The notes beneath the pieces were generated by a model. That model had not been told where the DNA came from, searched no databases, and saw nothing but the letters and a program-made list of their open reading frames with translations. A stretch of 63,846 nt of DNA, the filler included, from Octopus bimaculoides (Eukaryota): assembly GCF_001194135.2 (NCBI RefSeq). It is 9 parts of 7 records of this genome, joined end to end, with 100 filler letters (N's around TTAATTAATTAA, not from the genome) between each part and the next. Parts side by side here need not be neighbours in the genome. Positions count along the whole stretch, not along the records: positions 12,266 to 28,857 come from NC_068988.1; 8 more parts are not named here. One strand, given 5' to 3'. Shown here one piece after another: positions 14,251 through 27,700 of the stretch (its first letter is position 1; each line of letters starts with the position of its first letter). Position numbers and translations under genes: made by a program.

Positions 14251-15119
14251 CAAGGAGTTACTCAAAAGTAACTGGAAATGTTCTCTGTGGTACAAATGTT
14301 CCCTGTTGTAGTGCAGGCTTCTACTGCTAGTTGCCACATGATGCAGCCCTCAGGTATCAGTATGCCAACTGGTGGCATCGAGTGATATCATACTGTTAAG
14401 TAGTGCATCTTTGTTTTGCAGTGCTTCTCCCCTATTCATCAATTTTTGCAATGGCTAAACAAAGGAACAGCATATTTACATGAAATTCTGTTTTCTATTG
14501 GGAAAAACGTTGGCTGAAACAGTTGTCATGCTTCAAACAGCTTATAAAGAATCTGCCATGAGCAAAACACAAGTTTACAAGTGGTTTTCACACTTTAGAA
14601 ATGATTACTTGTCACTTGAAGACCTTGTACGGGGCAATTGTTGACCTCCTGAATAAATGGTACTTAGTTTATCAACATCCTCTCCCTCTCAGAGTATGAA
14701 AGATAAAGTCAATCCAAGCAGGATTTAAACACAGAACTAAGAGGAACATAAGTACATACCATAAAGCATTTAGCCAAGCATCATGAAAATTCATAAACTG
14801 TTCTTGGAGGACTGGGTGTCATGAACTGAAAGAACAGCTGGAAGTTGATTCAGATCTTTTTTCAAAGGTCATCACTGGTGATGAAAGTTGGTCCTATGGA
14901 ACTTGCAGATGTGGAAGATGTGAAGAAAAAAATGATAGAGGCCCTAAAAGGCATCACTTTGCAGAAGTTCCAGCACTGCTTTGAACAGTGGAAAATGCAT
15001 CTGGACAGATGCATTTCTTCAAATGGAGAATACTCTGCAGGCAATAAAGGTCTAAACATGTAAAACTAAGAGAATAGAATAATATTGCAAAGTTCTGGTT
15101 TCTTTTGGGTACCACTTCG
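14251..15119 (+). mobile_element. Internally deleted mariner element carrying a 125-bp templated insertion
   Basis: TA-flanked imperfect TIRs. MKFCFLLGKTLAETVVMLQTAYKESAMSKTQVYKWF..., VITGDESW, then a jump to the C-terminus WKMHLDRCISSNGEY. Confidence 0.88.
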
Positions 15120-15339
15120 TATAACAAAATAAAATTATTAATTAGTAAATTATTTTTGGTAATTAACTTTTTGTAAATACATTAATATCTTTTTAGTGCT
15201 GGTTCATTGTAAAACATATGAGCATGCCTACATGCAGAGCAAAGAGGGAACGTTGCATGACTGCTCTTAATTTTATATCAATCTCTGAATGGATGATAAG
15301 TAAAGTTGACATCAGTAAGAATTGATCTCAGAATCTACA

Positions 15340-16033
15340 AGGAAGTTATTAAATAATGATAATGATTTCAAATTTTGGGGGTTAGTCAATTACATTGACC
15401 TCTGTACTTGACTAGTACTTTATTTTATAAAGCCAGAAAGAATGAATGGCAAAGTGGAGTTTGGCAGGATTTGAACTCAAAATATAAAGAGCCAAAAGAA
15501 ATTCCACTAAGCATCTTATCCAATGTGCTAACAATTCTACCAGCTCACCACTTGATAATAATCCTGTCTACTATAGGCACAAGGCTTGACATTTTTGGAG
15601 AGGGGGCTAGTTGATTACATCAACCCCAATACTTGACTGGTACTTATTTTATTGACCCTGAAAGGATGAAAGACAAAGTCAACCTCAGTGGAATTTGAAC
15701 TCAGAACGTAAAGATGGATGAAATGCTGCTAAGCATTTTGCTTGTCATGCTAATGATTCTGCCAGCTCACTGCCTTTCAACACTTAATAATAATAATAAT
15801 AATGATGATGATGGTTTCAAATTTTGGCACAAGGCCCGCAATTTCAGGAAGGGAGAAAGTCAATTATACTAACCCCACTGCTCAACTGGTACTTATTTTA
15901 GCCAAAAGGATGAAAAGTAATGTTAACCCCCAGCAGAATTTTAACTCAGAATGTAAAGATAGAGGACATGCTACAAAGCATTTTGCCCAGCATACTAATG
16001 ATTCTGCCAGCTTGCTACCTTAATAATAATGAC

Positions 16034-16065
<32 letters not shown>

Positions 16066-16600
16066 TAATTATTATTATTATTATTTCTAACACTGGTAAA
16101 AGGCCATAAATTGGGTGGGGGTATTAGTCAATTGAATCAACCAAGTACTAGACCAGTGTATTATTTTATTGACCTTGAAAAGATTAAAGGCAAAGATGAC
16201 ATTGGCAGTATCTCAACTCAGAATGTAAAGTGCTGGAACACATACCACAAAGCATTATTGCTTAACATTCAAATGATTTTACCAAAAATAATAGTAATAA
16301 TGACCAGTATTGTATTTTATCTACTCTGGAATAATAAAATGCACCATCAGTCCTTGCAATATTTGAACTCAGAATTGGAAGTGATGCAATGCATAAAGTA
16401 CTCTACTAATTCTGCTATCCGTTGCCTTCCTTATAGTAATATCTCAGATATTACTGTAAGTCACAAGGCACATATTCCAGGGAAAGGAGAGTAGTCAATT
16501 GGCGCTTTAGTTTTTTGAACCCCAGAAGGTAAAAAGGCAAAGTTGACTTTAGTGAGATTTGAACTTAGAATGTAAAGAGATATAACTAAATACTATAATA
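15340..16600 (-). mobile_element. Second cluster of tandem SINE family B copies
   Basis: Same units and orientation, with (AAT)n spacers. Confidence 0.88.
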
Positions 16601-16831
16601 ATGATAAACATTTTAAAGAATTCTTTGTTCAAATTCCAGAAACAATCTTGAGATTGAAATATAAACAAGTCAGTTATTTCTTTTTTCGAAATATATCCAT
16701 TTTTTAAAAATACAATTTTCCAAAACACAAAATATATTATTTGAATGTGAGAATTCTCAATTAGAATGCATTTAACAAATGTCTTTTTGTTTTTATATTA
16801 TTATTATTATTATTATTTATTATTATTATTA

Positions 16832-16869
<38 letters not shown>

Positions 16870-17654
16870 GTCATGATTATTAGATTTAAAATGAAATTTC
16901 AAAAGTTAAGATGATTGTGATGCAAGAATTTATTATGAAAAACTTTTTATCAACAANNNNNNNNNNNNNNNNNNNNNNNNNNNNNNNNNNNNNNNNNNNN
17001 NNNNNNNNNNNNNNNNNNNNNNNNNNNNNNNNNNNNNNNNNNNNNNNNNNNNNNNNNNNNNNNNNNNNNNNNNNNNNNNNNNNNNNNNNNNNNNNNNAAA
17101 ATGCACAGTTTTTAACTCTGTTTGTAAAAATGAGAGAAATTAAATAAATGATGGACATGAAATATATATTTAAAAAATTATGACAATTTAACAGAAGGAG
17201 ACAGAAAAAAAACGATGGCTTCTTAAAATAGTGATTTTTCAAAAAAAAAAGGGGGGGGGGCAAAAAGAAAGAAAACTTTCAAAAAATATGTAAGATTCAG
17301 GGAACATCTGAGGAATATGAAAATTTCTGTGACACATGTTTAAATTTTAGAACTGGAAAAAGAGAAAACAAAACTTATAAAACCTTGTTTAAACTTCTTT
17401 GAATTTGTGTTCTTTGAAGGTCATTCAAGGTAAAGTAGGGATTGATTTGGGGAAAGTTTAAAATTCTAAGAATTAAATAGAATACAATAAAAACAAATAT
17501 ATCATATGTATGTATATTATACCTATATACATATATATATATGTATGCATGTATATTATATACACACACATGTAATGATATAAAAGTTTCATTGTTTGTA
17601 AATTGGATTATCACTATAAACAGTTTTATCAGGGATTATAATAATAATAATAAT

Positions 17655-17690
<36 letters not shown>

Positions 17691-18301
17691 AATAATAATT
17701 ATTATTATTATTGATGAACTACTTAATGCTTAATACATGAACAGAAATTTTCATTCAAGATTTATAACTTTGGATTTTATAAAACCAAAATGATTGCATG
17801 AACAATAATAGAAAAAAAATTAAACAAAATTTAAAAAAGATTAAATAGATTAAATGAAATTTGAAATTTAATAGTTTGAAATTTAATTTTAAATTCATTT
17901 CAATAAAATTATATGTTCAACTTACAATTTTAATTTTAAAATTTGAACTTTGATTTCAAATTAATACTGCTCCCAACTAAAAAAATTTCAGTATGTTGTC
18001 AAAATTTTCATTTGAATTTCAATTTCAATTACACATTAAACTCTTAATATTGTGTTATGACAATATAATTGTTTTGAATTTGAAAATTTCAAACTGCAAC
18101 CAATGAAAGAGAGTGGAAAATGATGATCAAAATTCCCTTCCTTCTTATCATTATTGTTAGTTTTATTAATATTGCCATGATTGAATAAAATTTAGTAACT
18201 AGCTATTAACATTCAAAGTTTTCAAGAGATAATTTTTATAAATTTAAATTCATTTTCCAAATCTGATGGTTTAAAACACCACTTTAAATTATTCATATAA
18301 G

Positions 18302-18350
18302 CAATGACTAAAAAGATGGAGCAAGCTTATATAATACAATTAGTTGTAAG
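18302..18350 (+). CDS. Candidate coding exon (AMTKKMEQAYIIQLVV-R), gene unidentified
   Basis: AG before 18302 and an open frame. The phase-compatible donor at 18351 (GTTCTT) is weak; a stronger GTAAGG at 18346 gives a different frame. Confidence 0.25.
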
Positions 18351-19327
18351 GTTCTTTGTTTTCTGTCGACTTACACCAGGTATGATGTTGGACACACCAC
18401 ATATATAATTCCTTAAAGAATTCTGTGTTGCACTGTTCCATCATGAAGTTTTTTTGAGCTAATAATAGCTAGAGGTGGGTGGTCACTGCTGTCAGTTGCA
18501 GGAACACTATGATTGTAAGAGTTTACACCTTCACCAATCCTTAAATCACAAGTAGTTCTTTGAGGGATCATCCGGATTCTCGGTTGTAGTCACTTGCTCA
18601 AGCAAACCAGTAAGACATCAGTATCAGTTGATTAAATTTACCCCAGTATTAGACTGGCCCTTTATTTACCTCAGAAAGATAAAAGGCAAATTTGACTTTG
18701 GCAGGATTTGAACTGGAAAAAAATAAAAAGCACTGGAAAAAAAATATCACTATGTATTTTGTCCACTGCTTTAAGGATTTTTTTCTAATCAACCACCTGG
18801 TGTAAAGTTATAAGTACTAGAAGTTTGAGCTAAGAACCACATATTCAGGACCCTACTTCATAACAACAGCCCTTATTGTTTCATGCTTAAGAGCATGCTA
18901 TAAGTCTGTATCAAATACTGTTTGTTATGAAATTGATCAAGTGACCAACAAATAAATACCCCATTCTCTTCTACTTCATAGTTAAGTAGCTTAACAGTTG
19001 AAGAAGAGACACTCTTGGCTGCAAGAAAAAATTAAACAAAATTGCTCTAAATCTGCAAAAAAAAAAAAAAGATAAAAGAAAAATGTCTCCTTCTTCTTGG
19101 AAAAAAAATCCATAGTTGCATAACAGTGTAAAAAATATATTTTGTAAGTTATTAGTTTGGAACAAGGCTACTTCTAATGAAAGGGATTTAAAAATCTAAT
19201 ACTAATGAACATTTTTTTGCAAAACCAACTCTTCAGGTTCTAATCTATAACAAATTCTTCAATTCACTAGGAAATTTTAATCTATGAATAGAAATTGAAA
19301 AGTGATGTTTGTTATCTGATGTGAGAG

Positions 19328-19364
<37 letters not shown>

Positions 19365-19573
19365 ACCTTCATTTCATTTGGTTACTAAAAAGTGCATTTT
19401 GTGATATCAATATAACAGCCAAATCATCTTCAGAAAATTCCCTTGTCTTTTGAAATAGGGACCACACAAAACAAGCAAAAACATCTTTTTAGATTTTTGT
19501 TGACCTACTAGACATTCTTCAACAAATTCATTACTACTTTTTTAAAAGATTTTATTTATTTATTTGTTTTCAG

Positions 19574-19652
19574 GAAGGGATTACAAGAGCTGGCTGAGTT
19601 AAGAAAACTTTGTGCAGTAGCTCAAACCAGTCGATATAACAGCAAACTTTAA
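19574..19652 (+). CDS. Candidate terminal coding exon (KGLQELAELRKLCAVAQTSRYNSKL*), gene unidentified
   Basis: Strong acceptor (ttatttatttatttgttttcag), 25 open codons ending in SKL-stop, AATAAA ~90 nt downstream. No homolog recognised. Confidence 0.35.
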
Positions 19653-19864
19653 CCCCAACAAAATTCCACAACTGGCTGTAAAATAGTGATTGCAACATCC
19701 ACCAAAACAATATTTACTTCCAAGTGCTCAACTCACAAAAAATAAAGTTTCATAACTAAGGATTGACTTAAAGTTTTAAATGAAAAAGGAAAAGCCAACT
19801 CTGATAGGTTTTGAATGCAAAGGGATGTGACAAAATACCACAAGGTCCTACTTTTCCACTATGA

Positions 19865-20489
19865 TTATAATAATAATAATAATCCTTTCTATTATAGGCA
19901 CAAGGCCCGAAGTTTTGGGGGGAAGGGATTAAACAATTACATTGATCCCCAGAATTTCACTGGTACTTAATTTATTGACCCCAAAAGGATGAAAGGCAAA
20001 GTTGACTGCAGTGGGATTTCAACTCAGAACATAAAGGGGTAGAAGAAATGCTGCTAAGCATTTTGTTTGACCCACTAATGATTCTCTAAGCTTGCTTTTT
20101 TGAATAATAATTGTATCTAACTCAGGCATAGAACCTAGAATTTGGTGGGAAAGGGTTAGTTGAATGCATCAACTTGAGTACTTAGCTAGTACTTGGAGGG
20201 ATGAAAGGCAAAGTTGTCCTTGGCAGGATTTGAACCCAGAACATAAAAAGTCAGAAGAAATACTGCAAGGTATTTTATCCAATGCTAAATAATGTAAATA
20301 ATAATGATTTACAACATAGGCATAAGGCCACAAATTTTGTGCGATAGGAACAATCAATTAAATCAACTCTGGAAGGATGAAAGATAAATTTGTCAAATAT
20401 TTGAAAAATTTGAACTTGGAATATAACTGCAAGGCATTTAATCAGTTGCCATAGTGGTTTACTAATTCACTGGCATAACAATAATAATG

Positions 20490-20536
<47 letters not shown>

Positions 20537-21226
20537 AATGATAATAATAATAATCTTTCCTACTGTAGGCACAAGGCCTGAAACTTTGGGTGGGACCAGT
20601 TGATAACAACTGACTCCCAGTATTCAATTGGTACTTATTTTATCAATCCTGAAAGGAGGAAAGGTAAAGTCAATCTTGGCAGCATTTGAACTCAGAACAT
20701 AATGCCAGAAGAAATGCTGCTAAGCATTCTGTCTACTATGGTAAAATAATAATAATAATAAACCTTTCTATAAAAGGCACAAGGCCTGGAATTTTAGGGA
20801 AGGGGGTTAGTCAATTATATCGAACCCAGTACTTGACTGGTACTTATTTCATCCACCTACAAAGGATGAAAGGTAAAGTTGACCTCAGTCGAATTTGAAC
20901 TTAGAATGTAAAGACAGACAAAATGCTACTAAGCATTTTGTCCAGCATACTAATGATTCCACCAGCTTGCACCTTAATAATAATAATAATAGTAATAATA
21001 ATGATAAAAAGCCTTTCTACTGGAGGCACAAGGCCTCAGATTTGTGGGGATGGAACTAGTTGATTACATCGACCCCAGTGTTTCGCTGGTACTTAATTCA
21101 TCGACCCCAAAAGGATGAAAGACAAAGTTGACCTCAGCAGAATTTGAACTCAGAACATAGTGACAGATGAAATACCACTAAGCATTTTGCCCGGCATGCT
21201 AACAATTCTGCCAGCTCACCGCCTTC

Positions 21227-21271
<45 letters not shown>

Positions 21272-21630
21272 GTTTCAAATTTTGACAGAAGATCCACAAT
21301 TTTAAAAAGAAGTGGTTAGTTGATACTATCTTGGCTGGTACATTATTTTATCAACCCTGGAGGAATGAAAGGTAATGGTGATCTAGAAGGGATTTACAAA
21401 ATAATAACAATAATAATGGTTTCTGATTTAGGCACAAAGCCAGCAGTTATTTGGGGGAAGGAAGTTAATTGATTAAATCGACCCCAGTACTTGACTGGTC
21501 CTTTATTTTATTGCCCCTCACAAGGATGAAAAGCTAAGGCAGCCTCAGTGGGATTTGAACTCAGAATGTAAAGAACTGGAAGAAATACTGCAAAAGATTT
21601 TTTCCAGTGCTCTCGCAATTCTGCCAAATA
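19865..21630 (-). mobile_element. Third cluster of tandem SINE family B copies
   Basis: About 8 units in the same orientation with (AAT)n spacers; an isolated further copy lies at ~18620-18780. Confidence 0.9.
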
Positions 21631-21654
21631 GTAAGAATAATAACAACAATAATG

Positions 21655-21810
21655 AGTGGTTGGCATTAGGAAAGGCATCCAGCTGTAGAAACTTTGCCAG
21701 ATCAGATTGGAGCCTGGTGCAGCCTTCTGGCTCACCAGCCCTCAGTCAAACCATCCAACCCATGCCAGCATGGAAGGTGGACATTAAACAACGATGATGA
21801 CGATGATGTA
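21655..21810 (+). mobile_element. Short retroposon with an RTE-like 3' tail and (GAT)n end
   Basis: ...ccatccaacccatgccagcatggaaggtggacattaaacaacgatgatga; partial repeats at ~21960-22050 and ~54145-54245. Confidence 0.6.
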
Positions 21811-22032
21811 ATATTCTCATTTGCTATGAATAATTTCTACAACTACAGCTACATATATTTCAGGTTTTGCAGCTGTATGGTAGCACAAAAATGGCATCTA
21901 ATATATGCAGTAAAGTGGTTAATATTGGGAAGAGTATTGAAACTATTCCAAAGCAGACACCAGAGCTATCAAACTATCCAACCCATGCCAGCATGGAACA
22001 TGGAGCATGTTAAATAATGATGATAAGGGTGA

Positions 22033-22066
<34 letters not shown>

Positions 22067-23610
22067 GGTGGTGGTGGTGGTATATTGAATGATGTCCACA
22101 AATTTTTTTGAAATAAATTGAAATTTTCCCCATAGTCGGGAGAAAGAAAAACAAACATCAAGTAGTTTGTTAAGTAACTGCTAAAGGGAAGGGGAAAATA
22201 ATTTCTAGACATTAAGAATTCATTTCACAGATATTATCAAGCTTAGTTGTAAAACCAGATCTTTGTTTATCAGGCTAAATGATAGATACAGACATGTTTC
22301 AATATTATGATACCTCATTTGTAAATTATAGTCTGTCTTCTCAATGCAGAGATATACAGTGGTTACCTCCTCTAATCAAAATGGTCATGATTGTTTATAG
22401 AGTAGTTCTAATCATATATTCTATGTATTCAGTGCTGTCATATATTTAAAACCATGATTTTTCAGTTATATATTTTCATACATGACCCCCCCCCCCTTTA
22501 CACAATCTCCATTCACAAAGTCATACAGAACACATTTCCAGATCTCTAATTCTAAAACTCTATTTATCTTCAGAGTGTCTACTCATCGATTCCTAGTGAA
22601 AAGATTCTCTGCTCCAAAGAATCATGAATTAATATTTTCAGCTTTAAAAGTAAAATTCTTTGGCCTTGTCCCAATTCACAAAAATTACCACTTATACCCA
22701 TCTCTCAAGTTGGGAATCACTCAATAATTCTTTAATCATTGCATGAACTAATACTAATTCTCTCTTTCCCCCTCCGTCTGTCTGTCTATCTGTCTGTCTC
22801 CTTCTCCAGATATGCATGTGTATGTGTGAGTTATTGGTGAGTTCTGAAGGAAGATGTGTCAATAGCCTTTACAAACCTTTGCAAGTCATTGGAGTGGAAC
22901 ACAACATGAGTGGTGAAAAGAAAAGAGAAGAGTTAAGTGGCTTGAGAATGGTTGTGTGGAGGTGATTCAAGACCACCTAGCCTCAAGGACCAGAGGCTAT
23001 TGTAGTTCCAGTAGAAAAGGCAGAGAGAGGAGACCATATGTTCATGGTTTAGATAGAGTATGTCTCTGTGAATGAGTCAAGTAGTCTTTCTCTGGATGTA
23101 GTCTAAGATGTTTATAAATATCTATATATAGCAGCAGCAGTAGCAACATCACCCTAGATATGAGAGTTGCACTATATTGTGGGTCTCATTAGTGCTTTTG
23201 AGGGGTTAGTAGTAGTAACAGATGAAGTATTATCTCTCTCTAAAGTCAAGGGCCAGTTTTTAAGATGCCTTCTTCATTATGTAAAGGATGAGCATTCACC
23301 AGAAGAGATTCTCAGTGGTAGTAAGGCATAGTATTTGAAATAGTTGTAAGGGCTTTAGCTGCATACTGCTCATATTTAAAGAAGAAGAGGTGTGATAATG
23401 TTTTCTTAATATGTGCAGTGCTGCGTTTCTAATGTTGAAGGAGACAATATTGGCATTACCCACTTCAAGGACATTTTAAAGATTTTTTTTTCAGGGAGTC
23501 TGTGCAGATTTGGTAAGAAAATTTAGGTTCTATGTGGATTGTGCTTGGCTGCAGAAGGTTAGGGAAGTATAGAGTGGTATTACCTGCATCCTATATATAT
23601 AAATATATAT

Positions 23611-23833
23611 ATATATTTAGAAAGTTGCTTGTTATAGCTGATCAGAGAGTGACTATTGGTTTTTACACTTATAAAGCGCTTAGCTGTATGGGCGACTCAT
23701 CAGATTCAAATGGCCAGAGGCACATAACGCCTGGCCATTTCAGTCTAACAAGTTGTCACAGCTAAGCGCTTTATTAATGCAAAACCAATGGTCCTGCTCT
23801 GATCAGCCATAACAAGCAACCTTCTAAATATAT
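23611..23833. mobile_element. Foldback element (~107-bp arms, 13-nt loop) with decayed outward-facing HHR-like motifs
   Basis: atatatttagaaagttgcttgttatagctgatcag... / ...ctgatcagccataacaagcaaccttctaaatatat. The left arm (minus) keeps CTGATGAG; the right arm keeps ACCA-A-TGGT-C. Confidence 0.8.
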
Positions 23834-24092
23834 TACTGCTCTAATATGTTTTAGTGTATGCTTCTTTTTTGGATATATGAATTACTGAAGATATATATCC
23901 CTTTGAAATGTTTTAACTTTGTGGTTTTCGGTTGTTTTTGACTGTTTTCTAGCGTGTAGAAATTGCCTGTTATAGGTAATTTCTCTTATATTTTATANNN
24001 NNNNNNNNNNNNNNNNNNNNNNNNNNNNNNNNNNNNNNNNNNNNNNNNNNNNNNNNNNNNNNNNNNNNNNNNNNNNNNNNNNNNNNNNNNNN

Positions 24093-24153
<61 letters not shown>

Positions 24154-26899
24154 AAAATATAACATGCACGCACACACACAGTCATCAGCAAAACTATGTA
24201 TGACAGATAAAAGGAGAATCCTGTAAAGCCTCCATAGCCCAGACATCTATTTAAACACCAGATCAAAGAAATTCAGAAAATGTAAGCACTTCAAAAATCA
24301 CCTGTTACGTAAGTAGAAAGCACCACCTTTACAGGGCTAAAGCCATATGAATGCATGGATAATTGTAATTGCTTCATTTTAGATCGTTTTCTTCCTTTTA
24401 CTATCTTCTATTCTATCTCTCTCATCTCTTTAGCTTATTATTTCCCCCAATATTCACCCTCTCCTCCCAACAGATTTATTGTGTAATAAATCTGTAATTC
24501 ACTTTAAACTATTTCATCCTTTTCCCATTTCACCTCCCATCCTCCCTATTTCTCTCATGCCTCAAATTATATTTTTCTTTCAAAACCCATTTCTCCTCTC
24601 AACACCACTCTTATGTTCTTCCTATCTACCCAAATGTATCAATCTTCCTTTATCGCAAATTAGGCAATTATTTTCCCCTCAAATTTTAACAATAAATTTT
24701 GTTTCATCCCAACTTCTTCAAAAGAAAAATGTTGATGGTCAAGGAGAGATAATTCCTTTCTAGTATAGAAGAGTCATAAAACTTGATGAAAGCAGACATA
24801 TAAAGGATAAATATATATATTTTTACAAAGTTTGTTCAATTCAAATGAAAGAAAAAAAATGTGAGTGTGTGTGTGTATGAGTTTAAAGACCAAATCCACT
24901 CCAGCTTGAATTGTTTACAAGGTTCAAAATTTTTGATCAATTGACCAAGTGTTGTCAGTGTTACTTGAAGCTGCTTTTAGATTTTAAACACTCTCTTAGG
25001 GAGTTTTTGCTTACTAATTATAAGGATGATCCCACTAAATCACAGATTTTTACTTGACTATATTGTATAAGTAAAACTTGATCACTACATTTTAATGTTA
25101 TCTTTTATTCCACACTATAAGATCCCCCATGCTAAGATTTCACCTTATTCTCATGTCTTCCTCGGTTTTCAGTCTCCAACAATCATTACATCACTTTTTG
25201 TTCCACAGCTGACCATACATCAATGTTTAATCTCTGTACCAGTACAGTCATTTCTCTTGCACATATGGTTTTTATGCCATCTAATCCATTCAAGCATGGA
25301 AAAATGGATATTAAAATTGATGATAGTGATGACCCAGCTACACACACACACACACACANNNNNNNNNNNNNNNNNNNNNNNNNNNNNNNNNNNNNNNNNN
25401 NNNNNNNNNNNNNNNNNNNNNNNNNNNNNNNNNNNNNNNNNNNNNNNNNNNNNNNNNNNNNNNNNNNNNNNNNNNNNNNNNNNNNNNNNNNNNNNNNNNN
25501 NNNNNNNNNNNNNNNNNNNNNNNNNNNNNNNNNNNNNNNNNNNNNNNNNNNNNNNNNNNNNNNNNNNNNNNNNNNNNNNNNNNNNNNNNNNNNNNNNNNN
25601 NNNNNNNNNNNNNNNNNNNNNNNNNNNNNNNNNNNNNNNNNNNNNNNNNNNNNNNNNNNNNNNNNNTATATATATATATAGATAGATAGATAGATAGATA
25701 TACATATACATACACACACACAAGGAATGCTGACTGCATCATTCAGGTGATATGAAGGAGAGTAAAATACCTTTTGCATTACACACATACATACACTTAA
25801 CTAGATACACATCTTATATGGGCTGATCCTATGGAGGTAGCCTAGGTTCTTGACAGGTTAGTCGCAGGAAGCCAACAACAATAGTAACAAGCTATATCAT
25901 ACTGCTGCCTTTTACAGTCTGTGTGATCTGGAGCAACTTATGAAACAGACCAAACTCAGGAGTAAGGTGCTCCCTTCATGCTTTCCTTTTGACTAATGAC
26001 ATCAAAGAATAACTGTAAGCAACTGAACCAGCTGTCTCTGACCCCATTTTACAAGAACTTGGAAAGTCTATGAACACTGTTTCACCTGTCATGCCAATCC
26101 CTATTTTCTCTCCTATAAAGCAGAAGATATATAATACAAAAGGCATACAATTACACAGGTAACATTGTTTGCTAATAAAATAGTGTAGAGTATATACTTT
26201 AAAATAGATGATTTGGATGTAGAAAACTGACAACACACTGCTCTGTTCTTAGTTGATTCATTACTTTCAATCCTTCCCTTAAAACTGCTTCAATATTGAC
26301 ATCAATAACAGTATATAGTAGTAGTAGCAGCAGCAACAGTATCTGTACATGGGGGTAAATGCATAGAACACTATGGTCTTCAAATATGGAATGCATAAGG
26401 GAAGCAACAACTGGATTATGTGTACATCTTTAGTTAAAAAAGTTATGTCAATGTAAATATAATACATGTAAATGTATTGTCAATATATGTAAATTAGTTA
26501 AACGACTTTTGTGCTAAACAGCATTTTCTAGAGAGATATAGACTGTAACCTATTTAAGTATAATGAGCCTGAAACAAATCTTCCTGGGCTTGAATTGTTA
26601 ACACCATAAAATTCAATACACACAGACAGAGTTACATAGATGCATGTTTGTATTTGGGTGTACAAAAGAGGGAGAAAATGTACTCAATACAACATAGTAG
26701 AGTTTCTTTAAATGAAGATGAGTCTTTTCTCCTCAGAATTCTAAGAAATGTAATAGAAATTGGAAAATGGAGTAGTAACAGCTTCATACAACTGAAAGTA
26801 CTGTATGACATGTACTGAGTGTGTTTTCTCTTACTAGTACACCTAAATGCATATACATACATACACACACACACACATATATATATACATACATACATG

Positions 26900-26947
<48 letters not shown>

Positions 26948-27010
26948 CACACACACACACACACACCAATGCACACATTAATATATACATACATACATAT
27001 TAGTACATAT

Positions 27011-27062
<52 letters not shown>

Positions 27063-27129
27063 TTGTTGTTGAAAATGCACCTAAATTTGAAAAACTGGTA
27101 ATTGTTTAAATTAAATTTATTTACATATA

Positions 27130-27171
27130 TACCAAACTAGTTTCAACAATAATTTTTGTTTATCAATGATA
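27130..27171 (-). ncRNA. Minimal type I hammerhead motif, U3-A8 core variant
   Basis: TATCA-TTGATAA-ACAA AAATTA TTGT-T-GAAA-CTAGT-T-TGGTA; palindromic stem III ACTAGT. Confidence 0.6.
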
Positions 27172-27205
27172 AAAATTTAGAATTAAATTCATAATTCTAA
27201 ATTTT

Positions 27206-27247
27206 TACCATTGATAAATAAAAAATATTGTTGAAACTGGTTTGGTA
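27206..27247 (+). ncRNA. Minimal type I hammerhead motif, U3-A8 core variant (mirror copy)
   Basis: TACCA-TTGATAA-ATAA AAAATA TTGT-T-GAAA-CTGGT-T-TGGTA; perfect 5-bp stem I. Confidence 0.55.
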
Positions 27248-27700
27248 TGTATGTAAATAAATTTATTTAAAAACAATTACAAGTTTATCAAATTTAGGTG
27301 CATTTTCAACAACAAATTTGCCTATATTTTTCCTGCATGGAAATACACACCCTCTTTTGTCATATATATATATATATATATATATACAAATTAAAAGGGT
27401 AAAGGATTATCAATTTATTAATTCATTGTTGATTTATTAATTTATTAATTAATTGTTGATTTATTAATCAACAATTAATTAATAATTTTTACCATCACTC
27501 ATAATCCAGAAACGCGTCTACAGTTAACCTTCGGAATGGTTAGTTTTCATTGTTTTTTCTTCTTGTTTTTGCCTTTGTGAGTTACAAGTGATGCTATCTG
27601 TGGGATTCTCAGTTTTTTTAGCTGCTATTTCTGAACTTCGGTATATGGTGAAGCAAATATTTGCTGNNNNNNNNNNNNNNNNNNNNNNNNNATATATATT

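Larger units (their letters stand above)
27059..27319. mobile_element. Foldback element (~127-bp arms, 6-nt loop) with mirror HHR motifs
   Basis: Terminal 32 bp perfectly inverted; centre gaatta-aattca-taattc. Confidence 0.9.

Noticed and set aside
23490-23520. 18-nt micro-exon candidate (tttcag/GGAGTCTGTGCAGATTTG/gtaaga)
   Set aside because: Good splice signals, but it lies in decayed repeat-like DNA with no phase-linked neighbours I can support.
25900-26170. Several AG/GT-bounded open segments on both strands (LCDLEQLMKQTKLR; GEKIGIGMTGETVFIDF...)
   Set aside because: Mutually incompatible strands and phases, and no recognisable homology.
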